Positions 33,790 through 45,530 of a DNA stretch of 64,000 bases are shown here, one piece after another (within the stretch, counting starts at the first letter, position 1; every line of letters starts with the position of its first letter). Below the pieces are notes generated by a model, which had not been told where the DNA came from, searched no databases, and saw only the letters and a program-made list of their open reading frames with translations. The DNA comes from Thecamonas trahens ATCC 50062 (Eukaryota > Protista > Apusomonadida), in NCBI RefSeq assembly GCF_000142905.1, contig NW_013657679.1, positions 250,657-314,656 on the forward strand. Reading direction: 5' to 3'. Both the position numbers and the translations under genes were made by a program.

Positions 33790-35109
33790 ATGTTCTCTGA
33801 ATCGTTTGCGCTCGCAGTAGCGGCGTATGTGGTTGTCAAGGCTGTCGAGGCAGTGGTTGGCCGTAGTGGAGCTGACGGCAGCGGCGGGGTGGTCGCCCCT
33901 GTCGCCTTTGTCCGCTTCCAGCGCAACTATCTGGCGGTGTACCTGCTGGCGATGGGCGCCGACTGGCTCAAGGGCCCGTATGCGTATGTGCTGTACGAGA
34001 GCTACGGGTTTTCGAACGGGGACATCGCCCTGCTGTTTATGGGCGGCTTTGGCGCGTCGATGGTCTTTGGCACTGTCGCCGGCTCGGTGGCCGACACCCT
34101 CGGGCGCAAGCGTGCAGTCCTCGCCTTTGCGCTCGCCTACTCGCTCGCTTCGCTGACCAAGCTCTCGTCCTCGTTTGGTGTGCTCCTCGGTGGGCGCGTT
34201 GCGTCGGGCATTGCCACATCGCTACTGTTCTCGGTCTTTGAGGCGTGGATGGTGTGCGAGCACAACGCGCGCGGCTTTGACCCCTCGCTCCTGGCCGACA
34301 CCTTTTCCAAGACCACGCTAGGCAACGGCATGGTGGCGGTCACGGCCGGCCTGCTTGCCTCAGGCCTGGCCGAACGCTTTGGCTTTGTGGCCCCGTTCCT
34401 CGCCGCCGTCGTCCCGCTTGTCGCCCTCGGCGCCATTGTTGCCGTCACCTGGCCAGAGAACTACGGCGATGCGAGCGTCAACGTGGGCCAGGGCATGGCC
34501 AATGGGCTCTCGACGCTCCTCACCACACCCAAGGTCCTCTGCCTCGGCCTGGCACAGGCGTTGTTCGAGGGCGGTATGTACGTCTTTGTCTTTATGTGGT
34601 CACCAGCGCTGGCCACAGCAGAGACCCGCGACACACTGCCATACGGCTTTATCTTTGCCGTCTTTATGGTCTGCGTCATGGTTGGCTCGGCCATCTTTGG
34701 TCTTGTGGCGGGCTTCTCGCTCAAGGCAGTGCCGATAGTCCTCCACGTTGCCGCCGCGAGTGCGATGGCCACGGTTGCGTACTGCAACGCGTCCAAGGCA
34801 GTTGTCTACGGCGCCTTTCTTACCTTTGAGGTCGCGTGCGGCATGTTCTTCCCCTCGTATGGCACTTTGCGATCGATGCACGTGCCCGAGGCGGCGCGGT
34901 CGGCGGTCATGAACTTTACCCGTGTCCCTCTCAACGCCTTTGTCATCGCTCTCCTCTACGCGGTCAAGTTTGTCGATCTCGAGGTGACGTCTGTCTTTTG
35001 GATTTGCGCGTGTGCACAGGCGTGCGCCGGCGTCTTCTACCTCGTCTTTGTCGCTCTCGACCTCGCGCCCGACGCGGGCGCAGCAGCTGCGGCCAAGAAG
35101 AGCCAATAA
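33790..35109 (+). CDS. MFSD5: Molybdate-anion transporter MFSD5/MOT2 (MFS)
   Basis: FQRNYLAVYLLAMGADWLKGPY, LLFSVFEAWMVCEH, WPENYG, FEGGMYVFVFMWSP and FTRVPLN motifs. Confidence 0.93.
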   Translation: MFSESFALAVAAYVVVKAVEAVVGRSGADGSGGVVAPVAFVRFQRNYLAVYLLAMGADWLKGPYAYVLYESYGFSNGDIALLFMGGFGASMVFGTVAGSVADTLGRKRAVLAFALAYSLASLTKLSSSFGVLLGGRVASGIATSLLFSVFEAWMVCEHNARGFDPSLLADTFSKTTLGNGMVAVTAGLLASGLAERFGFVAPFLAAVVPLVALGAIVAVTWPENYGDASVNVGQGMANGLSTLLTTPKVLCLGLAQALFEGGMYVFVFMWSPALATAETRDTLPYGFIFAVFMVCVMVGSAIFGLVAGFSLKAVPIVLHVAAASAMATVAYCNASKAVVYGAFLTFEVACGMFFPSYGTLRSMHVPEAARSAVMNFTRVPLNAFVIALLYAVKFVDLEVTSVFWICACAQACAGVFYLVFVALDLAPDAGAAAAAKKSQ

Positions 35110-35146
35110 AGGTGTGGGTTAACGTGATGATACAGCAGCAGCGCTT

Positions 35147-35801
35147 TCATTGTGAGTAATCTGCCGGCATGGTGAATGACGGCATCGGGTACTCGCGCCA
35201 CTCCAGAGGCCCGGTGTGCGGGATGCGGTTGTAGACCACGGTCAGGTTGAGCGTCTTGCCGCGAAGGCCAAAGCCCTGATCCGAGAGACGGTACTCGGCG
35301 CCAAGGGCCGGGAACTCGAGGACAGCGTCGTCGGCCGACTGGGCGATGGCGTCCCAGAGCACGATCTGGTTGACGGCGTTGTTCTTTGACGGCCACTCTG
35401 CGTACGCGTACACAAACACCATCTTGGTGTTCCAATGAAACAGCGGCGTGAGATCCATAGAGATGGCGAGCGAGACGTTGGCCACATCGCGCCGCAGCGG
35501 CTGATACTTGCGCGACATATCTGGGAGCCTTGGCAGAAAGTCCTCCCTTGTCCTGCACCCCCCCTCCACCCGTGCACCCCCTCCATACGCATGAGTACTC
35601 CCCTTTGCCCTCCCGTCTCCCCTTCCTTCCATCCAGCTGGCTTCCGTACAGTATGTTGACCTTGGCCACGCTCACCGCCAGCCGGGGCTCGGCACGGAGG
35701 GCAAAGTGGGAGAGCCAGTTGGCGGCCACAAGGACGAGGAGGAACATGAATGCAGTTGTGAGCACCACGTTCATGCGGTGCGCCACATTGTGCAGCGGCA
35801 T
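35147..35801 (-). CDS. SPCS3: Signal peptidase complex subunit SPC22/23; exons 35801-35650 and ~35528-35147
   Basis: HN...R.N followed by a TM, then DLTPLFHWNTKMVFVY..AE...N.VNQIVLWD and Y...DQG.GLRG. The donor is GTACGG; the in-frame acceptor is uncertain. Confidence 0.9.
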
Positions 35802-35995
35802 GTTGCTGGTCGCCCTGGTCGTCAGTCGGGTGTATCCGTAGGTGGGTGGGTGGGGGGAAAAGGGAGGGAGGGGGGGTGGCTGCGAGCGGTTGCCGGCGGC
35901 CGGCGGGGTGACGGCCGAGGCGACGATGGGCGCGAACTGGGTGCGATTTGCACATTACATGGTGAAGCTAGCTGGGTTGCTTGCGCATTCATTGC

Positions 35996-38956
35996 TCATT
36001 CCTCATCCTTGTCGGCATCAAGGGTATCGGTGACGGCCACCTTGCGCCGCTTGGAGGGACGGCCGGATGCGGCTGGCGAGGCCGATGGATTGGCAGAGTC
36101 AAAGGCGCGCTTGGTGTGAGCGCGGATGGCTTCGACATCGCGGTCCTTCTCGGCCCACTCGAGCTTGAGGTGGCGGCCGTAGAGGTGGGTGTGTTGCAGC
36201 GCGTCCATGGCAGCGACGGCTTCCTGGTGGGTGAGGAGGTCGACAAAGGCAAAGCCGCGATGGTGGTCGGGGCCCATGGGAAGGCGGACCGACTTGAGCT
36301 GGCCAAAGGTTGAGAAGAGCTCGCGGATGTCCTTCCGGGTCGCCTCGAACGCAATGTTGCGAACGATGAGCTTGGTGCCCTTGCCGTCGCCGTCGGCGTT
36401 GCGCTTGCGCTTGCGCGCGGGCTTGGATGCCGCGCCGAGGACCGCGCCGTCCGAGGTGGCCCCCACCTGCGCCTTGGAGAACGAGAGCTGTAGCGCGTGG
36501 CCATCGAGCGTCGAGTGCTGCAGCTTCTTGAGCGCCTCGAGCGCGGCCTCGCGGGTTGCGTACTCGACAAAGCCGTAACCCATGGAGAGCCGCTCGACCT
36601 GCCCGTCCCGGCCGGCCTTGGGGTTCCGCCGCGTCGCCACGTTAGCCGAGCGCAGACCCTTGATCGATGCAAACAGGTCGTGGAACGCCTCTTGCGATGT
36701 CTTGAACGAAATGTTCTTGACGTAGAGGGCCGAGCCGGTTGCGCCGCTTGCGCCCAGCGCCTCGTCGCCCTCATCCTCGGCGTCTGAGCCAGTGGCGCCG
36801 GTGAGGGTCACACCGCGGGTCACCTTGGCGCCCTTGGCCTCGACGTCTGACGCCGAGCCCGAGTCCGAGCCCGAATCCCGGACCGGCTTGGGCACCGTGG
36901 CCTGCCCCGGCGGCGGCAGCACGCCCTTAGTCGCCATTTCGAGAAAGAGTGGGACCTTTTTGAACGGCGCGTACGCGAGCTTGCGGAACGCGCGCTTGGC
37001 GTGGTTATTGTGCTGGAACTGGACAATGGCGAGCGCCTTGGTTGAGGGCACAATGACCTTGGCCAGCGGGCCATACCGCCCGAACAGCGCCTTAAGAGCC
37101 TCAACCGTTGTCTCGTACGGAATGTTCTTGACCAGGATGGTCTTGCGGTCGCGGTCCTTGCGTTGCTGCTCGCGTGACGCGGCGCGCCCGGCCTCGGCCG
37201 ACTCCTCCAGCCGCTTGACGTCAACGCCCTCGACCGCCAGCTCGTCCTTGGTCAGCGAGACAATGTGCGTCTCTCCCAGTGCCATCCGCACCGCCATGTT
37301 CGACGCCTCGGCCGAGAGCAGGTCGGTCTTGGTCACTCCAAAGGTGTTGGTCATGGCGTTGGCCACCGTGTCGGCGCGCATAAACAGCGAGTTCCAGTTG
37401 TGCGAGAGTGACGCCTCCTCCTTGAGCTTCTCGTCGCGCGCCGCCTTGTACGACGTGCTCCCGCCCTCGCTCCCATTCGCCGCGGCCGACGACTTGGGCG
37501 CAGAGCGCGCCGGCAAGACGTGGAGGAGCCGGCCCATGAAGATCGCTCCGTCCATCGCAGACATGGCCTTGAGCGCGTGCTCCGGGAAGACATACAGCAC
37601 AAAGCCGTAGCCCTTGGCGTTGTTGTTGCCGTCGAGCGGAATATGGACCTCAGCCACTTGACCAAACTTGCTGAATGCCTTTTCCAGGTCCTCCTCGGTA
37701 GCATGGAACGCGAGGTTCCGGACAAACAGGCGCCCGGTCGACCCCAGGTCCTCGTCAGCCTCGGCCCCGGCCTCGGCTGCGTCACCTCCTGACTTGCTCG
37801 ATCCAGACGAGGAAGAAGACGAGGAAGAAGACGAGGAAGAGCAAGACGACGACGATGACGATGACGAGCCCGAGCTTGAGCTCGAGCTGGAGTCTGAGCC
37901 GGAGCTCGAGCTGGATCCTGAGCCCGAGCCCGAGTCGGCGCTAGCGTCAGCGTCGGACTCCTTCTTCATCCGCATCCGAAGGTAGTCCATGTCCGAGAGC
38001 TTCTCTGAAAACACAGCCTTGTCCTTGCTCTTGTCCTTGCTCTTCCTGGACTTGGCCTTGGCGTCTGATGAGCTTGATGAGGCCGACGAGCTCGAGCCTG
38101 AGCCCGAGCCGGATCCGTCGTCGACCTCCTGCGGAACGGTCGCCGGGGCGGCAGCAGCAGCGGCGGCACCCAGCGGAACGGTGACATCGTTCTCCCACAC
38201 CCGCTTCGACGGCATGGCCACTGACATAAACTCGGCAAACTGCTCGTCGCCCAGGAGCTCAGCGTTGGACTCGAGGCGCAGCTCGGCCGGAACCCGATCC
38301 TTGGCCTTGGTCCTCCGCTCGCGGGCGAGCTTCTTGGCCTCGCGTGCTTTGAGAATGCGAGCCTTGGTGGCAGCCTTGTCAGCCTCGGCCCGCTCCTTGC
38401 GGCGGTCGTATTCGGATGAGCCCTTGGAGTACTTGGACCAAGGGCGGATGTCGTCCTGCGGCGCGCCGTACGGCACCGCAGCCTCGACCGTGATCCGCAT
38501 CGAGTCGATGAACGTGCGATTAAAGTGCCGGATCGCACCTGCAGCCTCTTTGGCCGAGGCGTAGCCCACAAAGCCAAACTGCCGCGACTTGCCATCCTTT
38601 GTCCGCACCACCTTTGCGTCGGTCACGGTGCCTTTGGCCGAGAACAGCCTCCGCAGCCGGACCTCATCCACACCCTTGGGCAGGTTCTTGACGCACACCC
38701 GCGATGTCCTACGCCCCTCCGCCAGACAAGCATCACACCCCACCAGTCCATTCGCCCGTAAGTCATTCCTTGCCTGCCACCTGTTCTCACAACCCCTCCC
38801 CGCAAACTCCTCGCTCCTCCCAGGATGGCAGCCCATCACCCATCACGCTCCCCAGAGCCCCCCATCCAGCATCCTCCCTCCCTCCCTCCCCCACGTCCTG
38901 CCTGGCTCCTGGTGCTAGCGGTGGTCCTGCCACTCACACATGTATTCTCGCTTCAT
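35996..38956 (-). CDS. RBM19: Multiple-RRM rRNA processing protein RBM19/MRD1; probable 5' intron 38939-38709 splitting an ATG
   Basis: SRVCVKNLP..SRQFGFVGY, RPWSKYS, TGRLFVRNL, WNSLFM..AVRMALGET, LSMGYGFVEY and HRGFAFVD..THLYGRHL..EWA; five RRMs. The 5' end is inferred. Confidence 0.93.
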
Positions 38957-39383
38957 GACTAGAGACCAGAGGTACACTTGGACTTGGTGCGTCTCGTGCT
39001 CTCTCTATCTCTCATTCTTTTGCATACGTACGGCTTCTCAGACATGGTCGGCGCTGGTCAAGTGGTGGCAGTCGAGTTGACGAGCCGCTGGCGGCTAGAT
39101 GCGGCCAGCTCTCTAGCCCATCAATTGCAGCCCAGGCTGGTGGGCCAACGACAACCAGTGCATGGCGGGGGGGGAGAGGGTGTTTCACGATGATTATGCA
39201 TGTTTGGCGACACATCCATCGCTACCGCTGACAAGAAACTTGTGGTTGGCTGTGGCTGGGGCGGCCGCCGCGAGCGAGCCGGTCGGCGGGAGCTTGCCCG
39301 CATGGTGCCTCAACTGGATGCGCTGCGCTAAGCGCTGCGCCTGGCTGGCCAGCAGCAATCGCGCTTAGCCATCGGGAATCAGA

Positions 39384-40412
39384 CTAAGACTCTAGCTGCT
39401 CGCGAAGGCGCTGGGTGAGGTGAAGGACAGTGGAGACTGGATTGGCGGCGCGGTGCTCGGCGACCTTGGCCTCGGCCTCGTCCAGAGCAGCCTGCAGCGA
39501 GCTGTTGGTCTTGGACGAGGCGTCGAGGGCGGCCTCTAGCTCGGCGATGCGGACTTGAGCGGCGGTGTTGGCCTTTTGTAGAGCAAGGACCGAGTCCATG
39601 TCGGGGTGAAGGGCTTTGAAGGCGGCGACCTCCTTCTTCCACGCCTCGATGCCACCGATGGCGTCGCGGAGCTGGCGCTCTGCACCCTCGAGAGCGTCTT
39701 TGTAATACTCGCGGTCTTGGGCGGCGAGGGCGAGGGTGCGGACCTCGTCCTCGAGCGCGTTGTTGGTGGCGGTCAGCTCGCTCACCTTGCGGCGCAGGAC
39801 GTCGTTGGACGCCCGCATGTCGGCCAGCTCGACAAGAGCTGCGGGCTCGACCTCGCTCGAGAGCAGGCGCGTGTGTCTGGGTGAGCTCTGCGCCCGTGAC
39901 CACCGCATCCGCGATGCGCCCAGACTCGGCGACGCTGGTGGGTGGTAGATCGGGCCCGGGACAGCGAGCTCCGCCAGGTCGACCGCAGCATCGGCGTCCG
40001 AGAGACCATGCTGGGCAGCAGCGGCCGACTCGCCACCGCCATCGGCCACTGCCCGTTGCAGCGAAGATTCCAGCTCGGCCGACTCTGCGGCGGTCTCTGC
40101 GGCGGCTGCGGCGTCCGAGGCGGCGTCTGCGGCGGCGTGGAGGGCAGCGAGCGATGCTCGCAGAGCACCATGACCCGGAGACCGCCCGAAGTGCGAGCCG
40201 CGGGCAAACGAGTGCGCAGGCGCTGGCGCTGGTGGGCCACCATAGCTCTGCAGTGGGGCCCAGCTTGTTGTGCTCGAGGCATACGGATAGCTCCTGCGCG
40301 GCGAGGCGTTGGGCACTGCCGTTGCGCCCACCGAGCCCGCCAGCTGGGCCCTCACGGCCCGTGCATGCTCGACCTGCTCCAGCACCGACGACCGAGTAGC
40401 CGCCTGACGCAT
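39384..40412 (-). CDS. Hypothetical coiled-coil protein
   Basis: Open frame from ATG 40412 with a heptad-rich C-terminal half (LRRKVSELTATNNALEDEVRTL...). No recognisable family. Confidence 0.6.
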   Translation of the reverse strand: MRQAATRSSVLEQVEHARAVRAQLAGSVGATAVPNASPRRSYPYASSTTSWAPLQSYGGPPAPAPAHSFARGSHFGRSPGHGALRASLAALHAAADAASDAAAAAETAAESAELESSLQRAVADGGGESAAAAQHGLSDADAAVDLAELAVPGPIYHPPASPSLGASRMRWSRAQSSPRHTRLLSSEVEPAALVELADMRASNDVLRRKVSELTATNNALEDEVRTLALAAQDREYYKDALEGAERQLRDAIGGIEAWKKEVAAFKALHPDMDSVLALQKANTAAQVRIAELEAALDASSKTNSSLQAALDEAEAKVAEHRAANPVSTVLHLTQRLREQLES

Positions 40413-41391
40413 GTTTGCTCGAGACCAAGTGCAAGAGCAGAGCTGGCTGTACCGGCCAAACTGAGCTTCACTTGGTTGCTTCGTAAGTCGGCCACTGCGC
40501 TCGTGCTGAGCACATCGCTCACACCGCTGCCGCTCCACTTTTTGGAGTTGGGATGTTGGCACAACTGCGGTGGATGGTTCATTTCGAGGATGTTGCTACC
40601 TGTCACCGCCGTGACCAGAACAGCATGTCATTCGTTTGACATGGACCGTGTGATTGTCGCTGAATGGGAGATCGTTTTTTTTTTTTTTTTTTTCCCCGTC
40701 CTGGGGGCGGGAGGGGGGGGGAAGCGGGGGAAGTGTGTGGTAAGAATGCCGTTTTTTGATGGTAGCCAAGCAAGCCGGCACGCGGTGGGTAGCCTCAGGA
40801 CAGTAGTAGGCAGCTCATTCTTTCGATCACTTGTCGCCGCCGCTTCTGTACGTATTGAGGAAAAGGTGTGAGAGAAGGGTTTGCTTGTGTGTAGTATGCA
40901 TACGTGTCCTGCACTGAGAGTTTGCATTGTGTAGGGGGAGTGTGGGGAAAGTGGAAGCTCTGTCCTTGGCCGGTGTGGAACAAATGGCCGGAGCTGTCGG
41001 TTGTCGGCCGAGTGGAAGATGAACCCACGCGAAAGTGGGACTAGGGCGGCGCGTTTGGTGCTCTACAACGAGGATTGCAGGCACCAGCAAGCATGTAGAG
41101 ATGGAACACATGCTGGGCAGCTACAGGGGTGTGCGGTCACTGTGTGCATGCCCAGAAGCAGTCACAGCAGGCGAACCCCGGTGGTGGTGCCCCATGCGGG
41201 ACCGTTCCGGACCTTTTTTTGCCATTGGGAACAACAATGGTCCATTCGAATTGGGGGAATTGGGAAGAGTGGAGCCGGCCATCTTCGGGCACGCGGACAA
41301 GTGTGGCTAGGCCAATATGGGAGGGGGAGGGCGAGCGACTCACCAGGAGGAACACACACGGCTGGGACAGACAACACACACTTGTCTGGAC

Positions 41392-44300
41392 ATGTCGTTG
41401 CTGGTCTGTGCGTGGCTTGTGCTCGCAGTGGCTTTGCTTCCAGGCGTGGTGGAGGCGGCTTGCCCGCCTGCAATTACTATTACGCAGCCGTCTGACTTTT
41501 CCTACATCACCTCGCTCTGCTCTGACAACGCCAACATACTTCGGATCCGGTGTCCGACGTGTACAGACTTGAGTGGTCTCCCTAACCCGTTCTCGGCGAC
41601 GGATATTGAGGTCGACTGCGAGGGCGTCAGCAACCTTACTTCGCTGGCCGGACTGGAGCGTGCCACCGGCGGTCCGTACTACACCTCCATCGCCAGCTGT
41701 CCAGGAATCACTGACCTGTCTCCGCTGGCGGGCATGTTTGTTTGGGAATTGGTTTTGAGCGATTTGCCAAGTGTGACGACTTTGAGCGGACTGGAGACAA
41801 TGTCGTGGGATTATCCAGCCTACTTTAGCGCTTCTTTTCTGCCTAAGCTCGAAGATGTCTCTGCCTTGCGCTTCGATCTTCTCACCGACATTGACGAAAT
41901 TTACTTTCAGGACCTGCCCATGCTTACTGAGGCAGACTTGGTGTACTTGAACAATGCAAGTGCCACAGCTATTGAGATCGTGCGCCTGATCGGAGCTCCG
42001 GACTTTCGCTTCGATCCGCCTCGCCCCTTTAGTGTTTCTCCCGGCGCCGACATGTGCAGTTACGATGGACAGCCTCCTCAGGCATTTCTGGATTTGTACG
42101 GAGCTGTGTCAATCTCTGGCTTGCCCATCACACGCAACTATTGCCCACTAGTCTCGGTCGCCACCAATGGCAAAAACCTGCATGGCAAGAACTTTGGAGT
42201 GCTGGGCGCGATCTCGTTTCGGGTCAACGAAGCGACACCTTTGGCTGAAGACGGCGCGCGGATCGACATCGAGTTCCCCGACGGATTCACATTTGACAGC
42301 AGCACTTTCGCTCTCGGACTTCCGGACAACAGCATTGTGACTGCTGGCCCGATTGTTTCCGCGGGCATTCCACGGGATATGCCTGCACTGCCGCTCCCAC
42401 AGCCACAGTCTGTGACACGCACAGGGTCTGTTGTGTCCATCACGTTTTCGTCGTCCGCCGGCGGATTCCCTGATCTTTACGAGCGGTACGGTTTCTCACT
42501 CGAAGGTGTGACCCTGCCGCTCGAGCCTGGAAGATACGAGTTGAAGTTCAAGTTCTTCAACAGCTCGTCATCGAGCGGAGTTTCGCCCAGTTTCAGACCG
42601 GATACTGTTGATAGCGCCGCTGTCAAGATCGACCCGCTCAACCCTCCCAGGGTTGACAAAATCAACGGCAAACCTGCGTACAACGGTGCGTTTGCCGGCG
42701 GCGAGCGGATCACCATCACCGGTACCGACTTTGGCGTCTCGCAGGCCGACGTGGCCAACGTGACGATTAATGCTATGCTCTGCAGCGATGTGAACTGGAT
42801 TAGCTCAACGATGCTCTCATGCATTGCACCGGCTGCGTCGAGCATGGCTGACATCGGTGTCGCAATGGTTTTGAGGTCTTTACCCACTCGTCGGGCATCG
42901 CGCCGCCATTACCATCCGGCGTCAGCTTCCAGTACAACTACCCGGCGGCGCACGTGACGGCCATCAACGGCCAGTCGGCCAATTTTGCGCTCGACTTTGA
43001 CGGCGGTCAGGCGCTGACACTTACCGGCACCGACTTTGGTCTCAACCCGAGCGATCTCGAGTCGATTACTATCGGGTCGATGGTCTGCGATAAGACGTAT
43101 GTGTCGTCGAGTTTGGTTACTTGCCTCACCACCTCGTTCACTCCTGCCGACTACTCTGCTGCACAGGCCGGGTCTCTCGAGGTTAACGTGCGGACCACGT
43201 CATCCGGTGCTGACGGCACGATGGCTGCGCCTCTTGCGCTTGCCTTGGTAACCAGGACGCCGACGGTGTCGCAGATCAACGGCGCTGTGTCGGCGACGGG
43301 CTCGATTCTCGGCGGTGAGTCGGTGACGCTGACCGGGACAGACCTTGGCTTTGGGCAGAGCGACGTGCTCGGCGTGTGGCTCGCACACCAGGCGTGCGCG
43401 TCGGCGGCATGGGTCTCGTCGACCGAGGTGGTGTGCGTGACGCCTGCGGTGCCCGACGCGGTCCGCGGGCCGGCGGTGGTTCAGACCGCGTCGTCAGGTG
43501 GCGTCAACTCGACGTCGCCATCAGTGGTAGAGTTTTTCTTCCGGCGCGAGGCGCAGTCACTGGAGGAGTCGATCTCGTTTGCAGTTGGCGCGGCGTCGTC
43601 GCTTGCGCTCGCGTTCTACTGGCTCATCGCGCTGGTTGCTGCCGTCGCTGCTTTTTCGCTCTACAAACGGTCCAAGAACAAGAAGAAGGCGCTCGAGTGG
43701 TCGCGGTTCCGGCAGGTTTCATTCCTGGAAAAGCTCTTTACTGACCACTCTGTCCTGGGCATTGCCTACTACGACGAGTCGCACCCGTTTACCCGCTTCT
43801 CGCGCATCATCACGCTTGTCCTGGAAGTGCTCGTCAACTTTCTCTCGGTCTTCCTAGTCACGGTCGTCGCGCCTGCAGTGTACGAGGACTCTGAGGCGTC
43901 GCGGCAGTTGCGCCGCGAGACCAACACGTCTGGCGACTGGCTGCTCTCACTCGCCATGGGCACTACGCTCTCCATCCTGGTCGGCAAGCCGCTACTGCAG
44001 CATGTGCTGGAGACGTCGTCAAGCAACATTGCATCGGGCTCGCGCTGGTCGCACCGCGCCATTGCCCAGGTTGCGGCCTCGTTCATCGACCTGGTCCTCC
44101 TTGCCATCAACATCATTCTTTGTATCGATCCTGGGCTGCTTCTCACGTCGCACCTTACGGTGGCGATTGACACCTCGAACCTACTTGTTCGCTTTGTGGC
44201 GAACATGTTGCTCTCGTGGGTCATCACCGAGCCGCTCCTTGTCCTCCTCAAGATGAAGGTCTGGCTGGACACAGTCATCCGCACCAACAAGTACACCGTG

Positions 44301-45485
44301 TCCGAGCCCGACGCCAAGGCTTCGAACGTCGTCAAGATGACCGCCTTCTTTACCGACCGTGCCGACTCTGACGAGTCGGACGGCCACGGTGTTGTCTCGG
44401 TTCCGCTGGCGACAGCAGCAGTAGCAGCCGACGGCTCGTCGTCGGCCCTTAATGACCGCGAGAGGTCGTCCAAGCTTGGCAGTTTGTCGTCGTCGTCGTC
44501 TCTGGCTGGCTCTGGCTCGGGCAGCAGCCGTCGGCCGATGCAGCCGCCTGGCGCGGCATCACCGGCGTCGCGGGCTATGTCCAGGTCGCACCACAAGCAG
44601 CGCATGTCGTCGTCGCTCTCGTCTGAGGTTGTTGTCATTGCCGACGACGCAACCATCGGCGGCAGCGCGGCACCGACGCCGACGCGGACACGGAGCAAGC
44701 GGACGCGCCGGTCACGATCGTCCGACAACCGCGGCGGCGACCGCTCGACCTCGCGGAAGGCCGCTGGCGGTCTACTCGACGCCCTGCCCGAGGTTGGCAC
44801 CCGCCCGCTGCAGCGCAGCCGGTCCGGAAGCAAGGCCGAAGGGCTCAGAACTGCTGCGCTCAACGACTCACCGCTGCTCGCAGTCCAAGACTCGACTCCG
44901 ATCTCGATCGATGCTGTCGACATTGCCGATGCCCAGGCGGTACGCTCGCCGGTCTCACGCACTAAGGCTGCCATGGCTCGCACCAACTCGCTGCCGTACA
45001 ACTCGTCGTCGCGGACAAGAGCAGGACGGCTGGGAGGCGCTCCGTCCCGGCGCGCGTCGGACCGCGACATCGGCCGTCGGCGCCGGACGACCTCTGGCAA
45101 CCAGGATGGCACCGCCGTGGCTGCGGCGCGCTCGCCTCTGACGCGCACCAATTCACGTCAGACCGACGCCATGCGCTCGCCACCGCGGCTCTCCAACGTC
45201 GACGACATGTCGACCACCGCAGCATCGCAGACCCAGTCGCCGTCGCGGCGCGGGTCAAGCCTCTCGTCGTCGGTCCCGGTTGGCGCGACCAGCTCGGTCT
45301 CGCCGGCTCGCACTGGCTCGAGTCGCGCACTCCGGGGCTCGCCGTCGCGGCGGGCTACCGCCATCCCAGGCTCGGCGTCCAAGCCGGCCATGTCGGTCAG
45401 CCGCCGCGACTCGCTCCGACCGTCAGCGTCGCAGCGGCGCGGCTCGTCGCCGCTGCTCCAGTCGCCTGCCGAGACACAGACATGA
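41392..45485 (+). CDS. Surface receptor: signal peptide, LRR/L-domain-like repeats, IPT/TIG x3, multi-TM region with polycystin-1-like motif, Ser/Arg-rich tail; -1 frame break near 42861
   Basis: Signal MSLLVCAWLVLAVALLPGVVEA; LTSLAGLE / ITDLSPLAG / VTTLSGLE repeats; three GG..(I/L/V)T(I/L)TGTD(F/L)G TIG repeats spanning both ORFs; HSVLGIAY..HPFTRFSRI followed by TM helices. Confidence 0.75.
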
Positions 45486-45530
45486 GCCTCACTTTCCATC
45501 GTAACACAATTCTTTTACGCCTCAACCTTA

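Noticed and set aside
39190-39384. Coding-like minus-strand stretch (ARLLLASQAQRLAQRIQL...) downstream of the coiled-coil gene stop
   Set aside because: Short, separated by stops, no homology recognised. I cannot support an extension or readthrough.
40560-41390. Possible ncRNA or small gene in the long divergent intergenic region
   Set aside because: No recognisable tRNA, snRNA or snoRNA structure, and no coding signal by eye.
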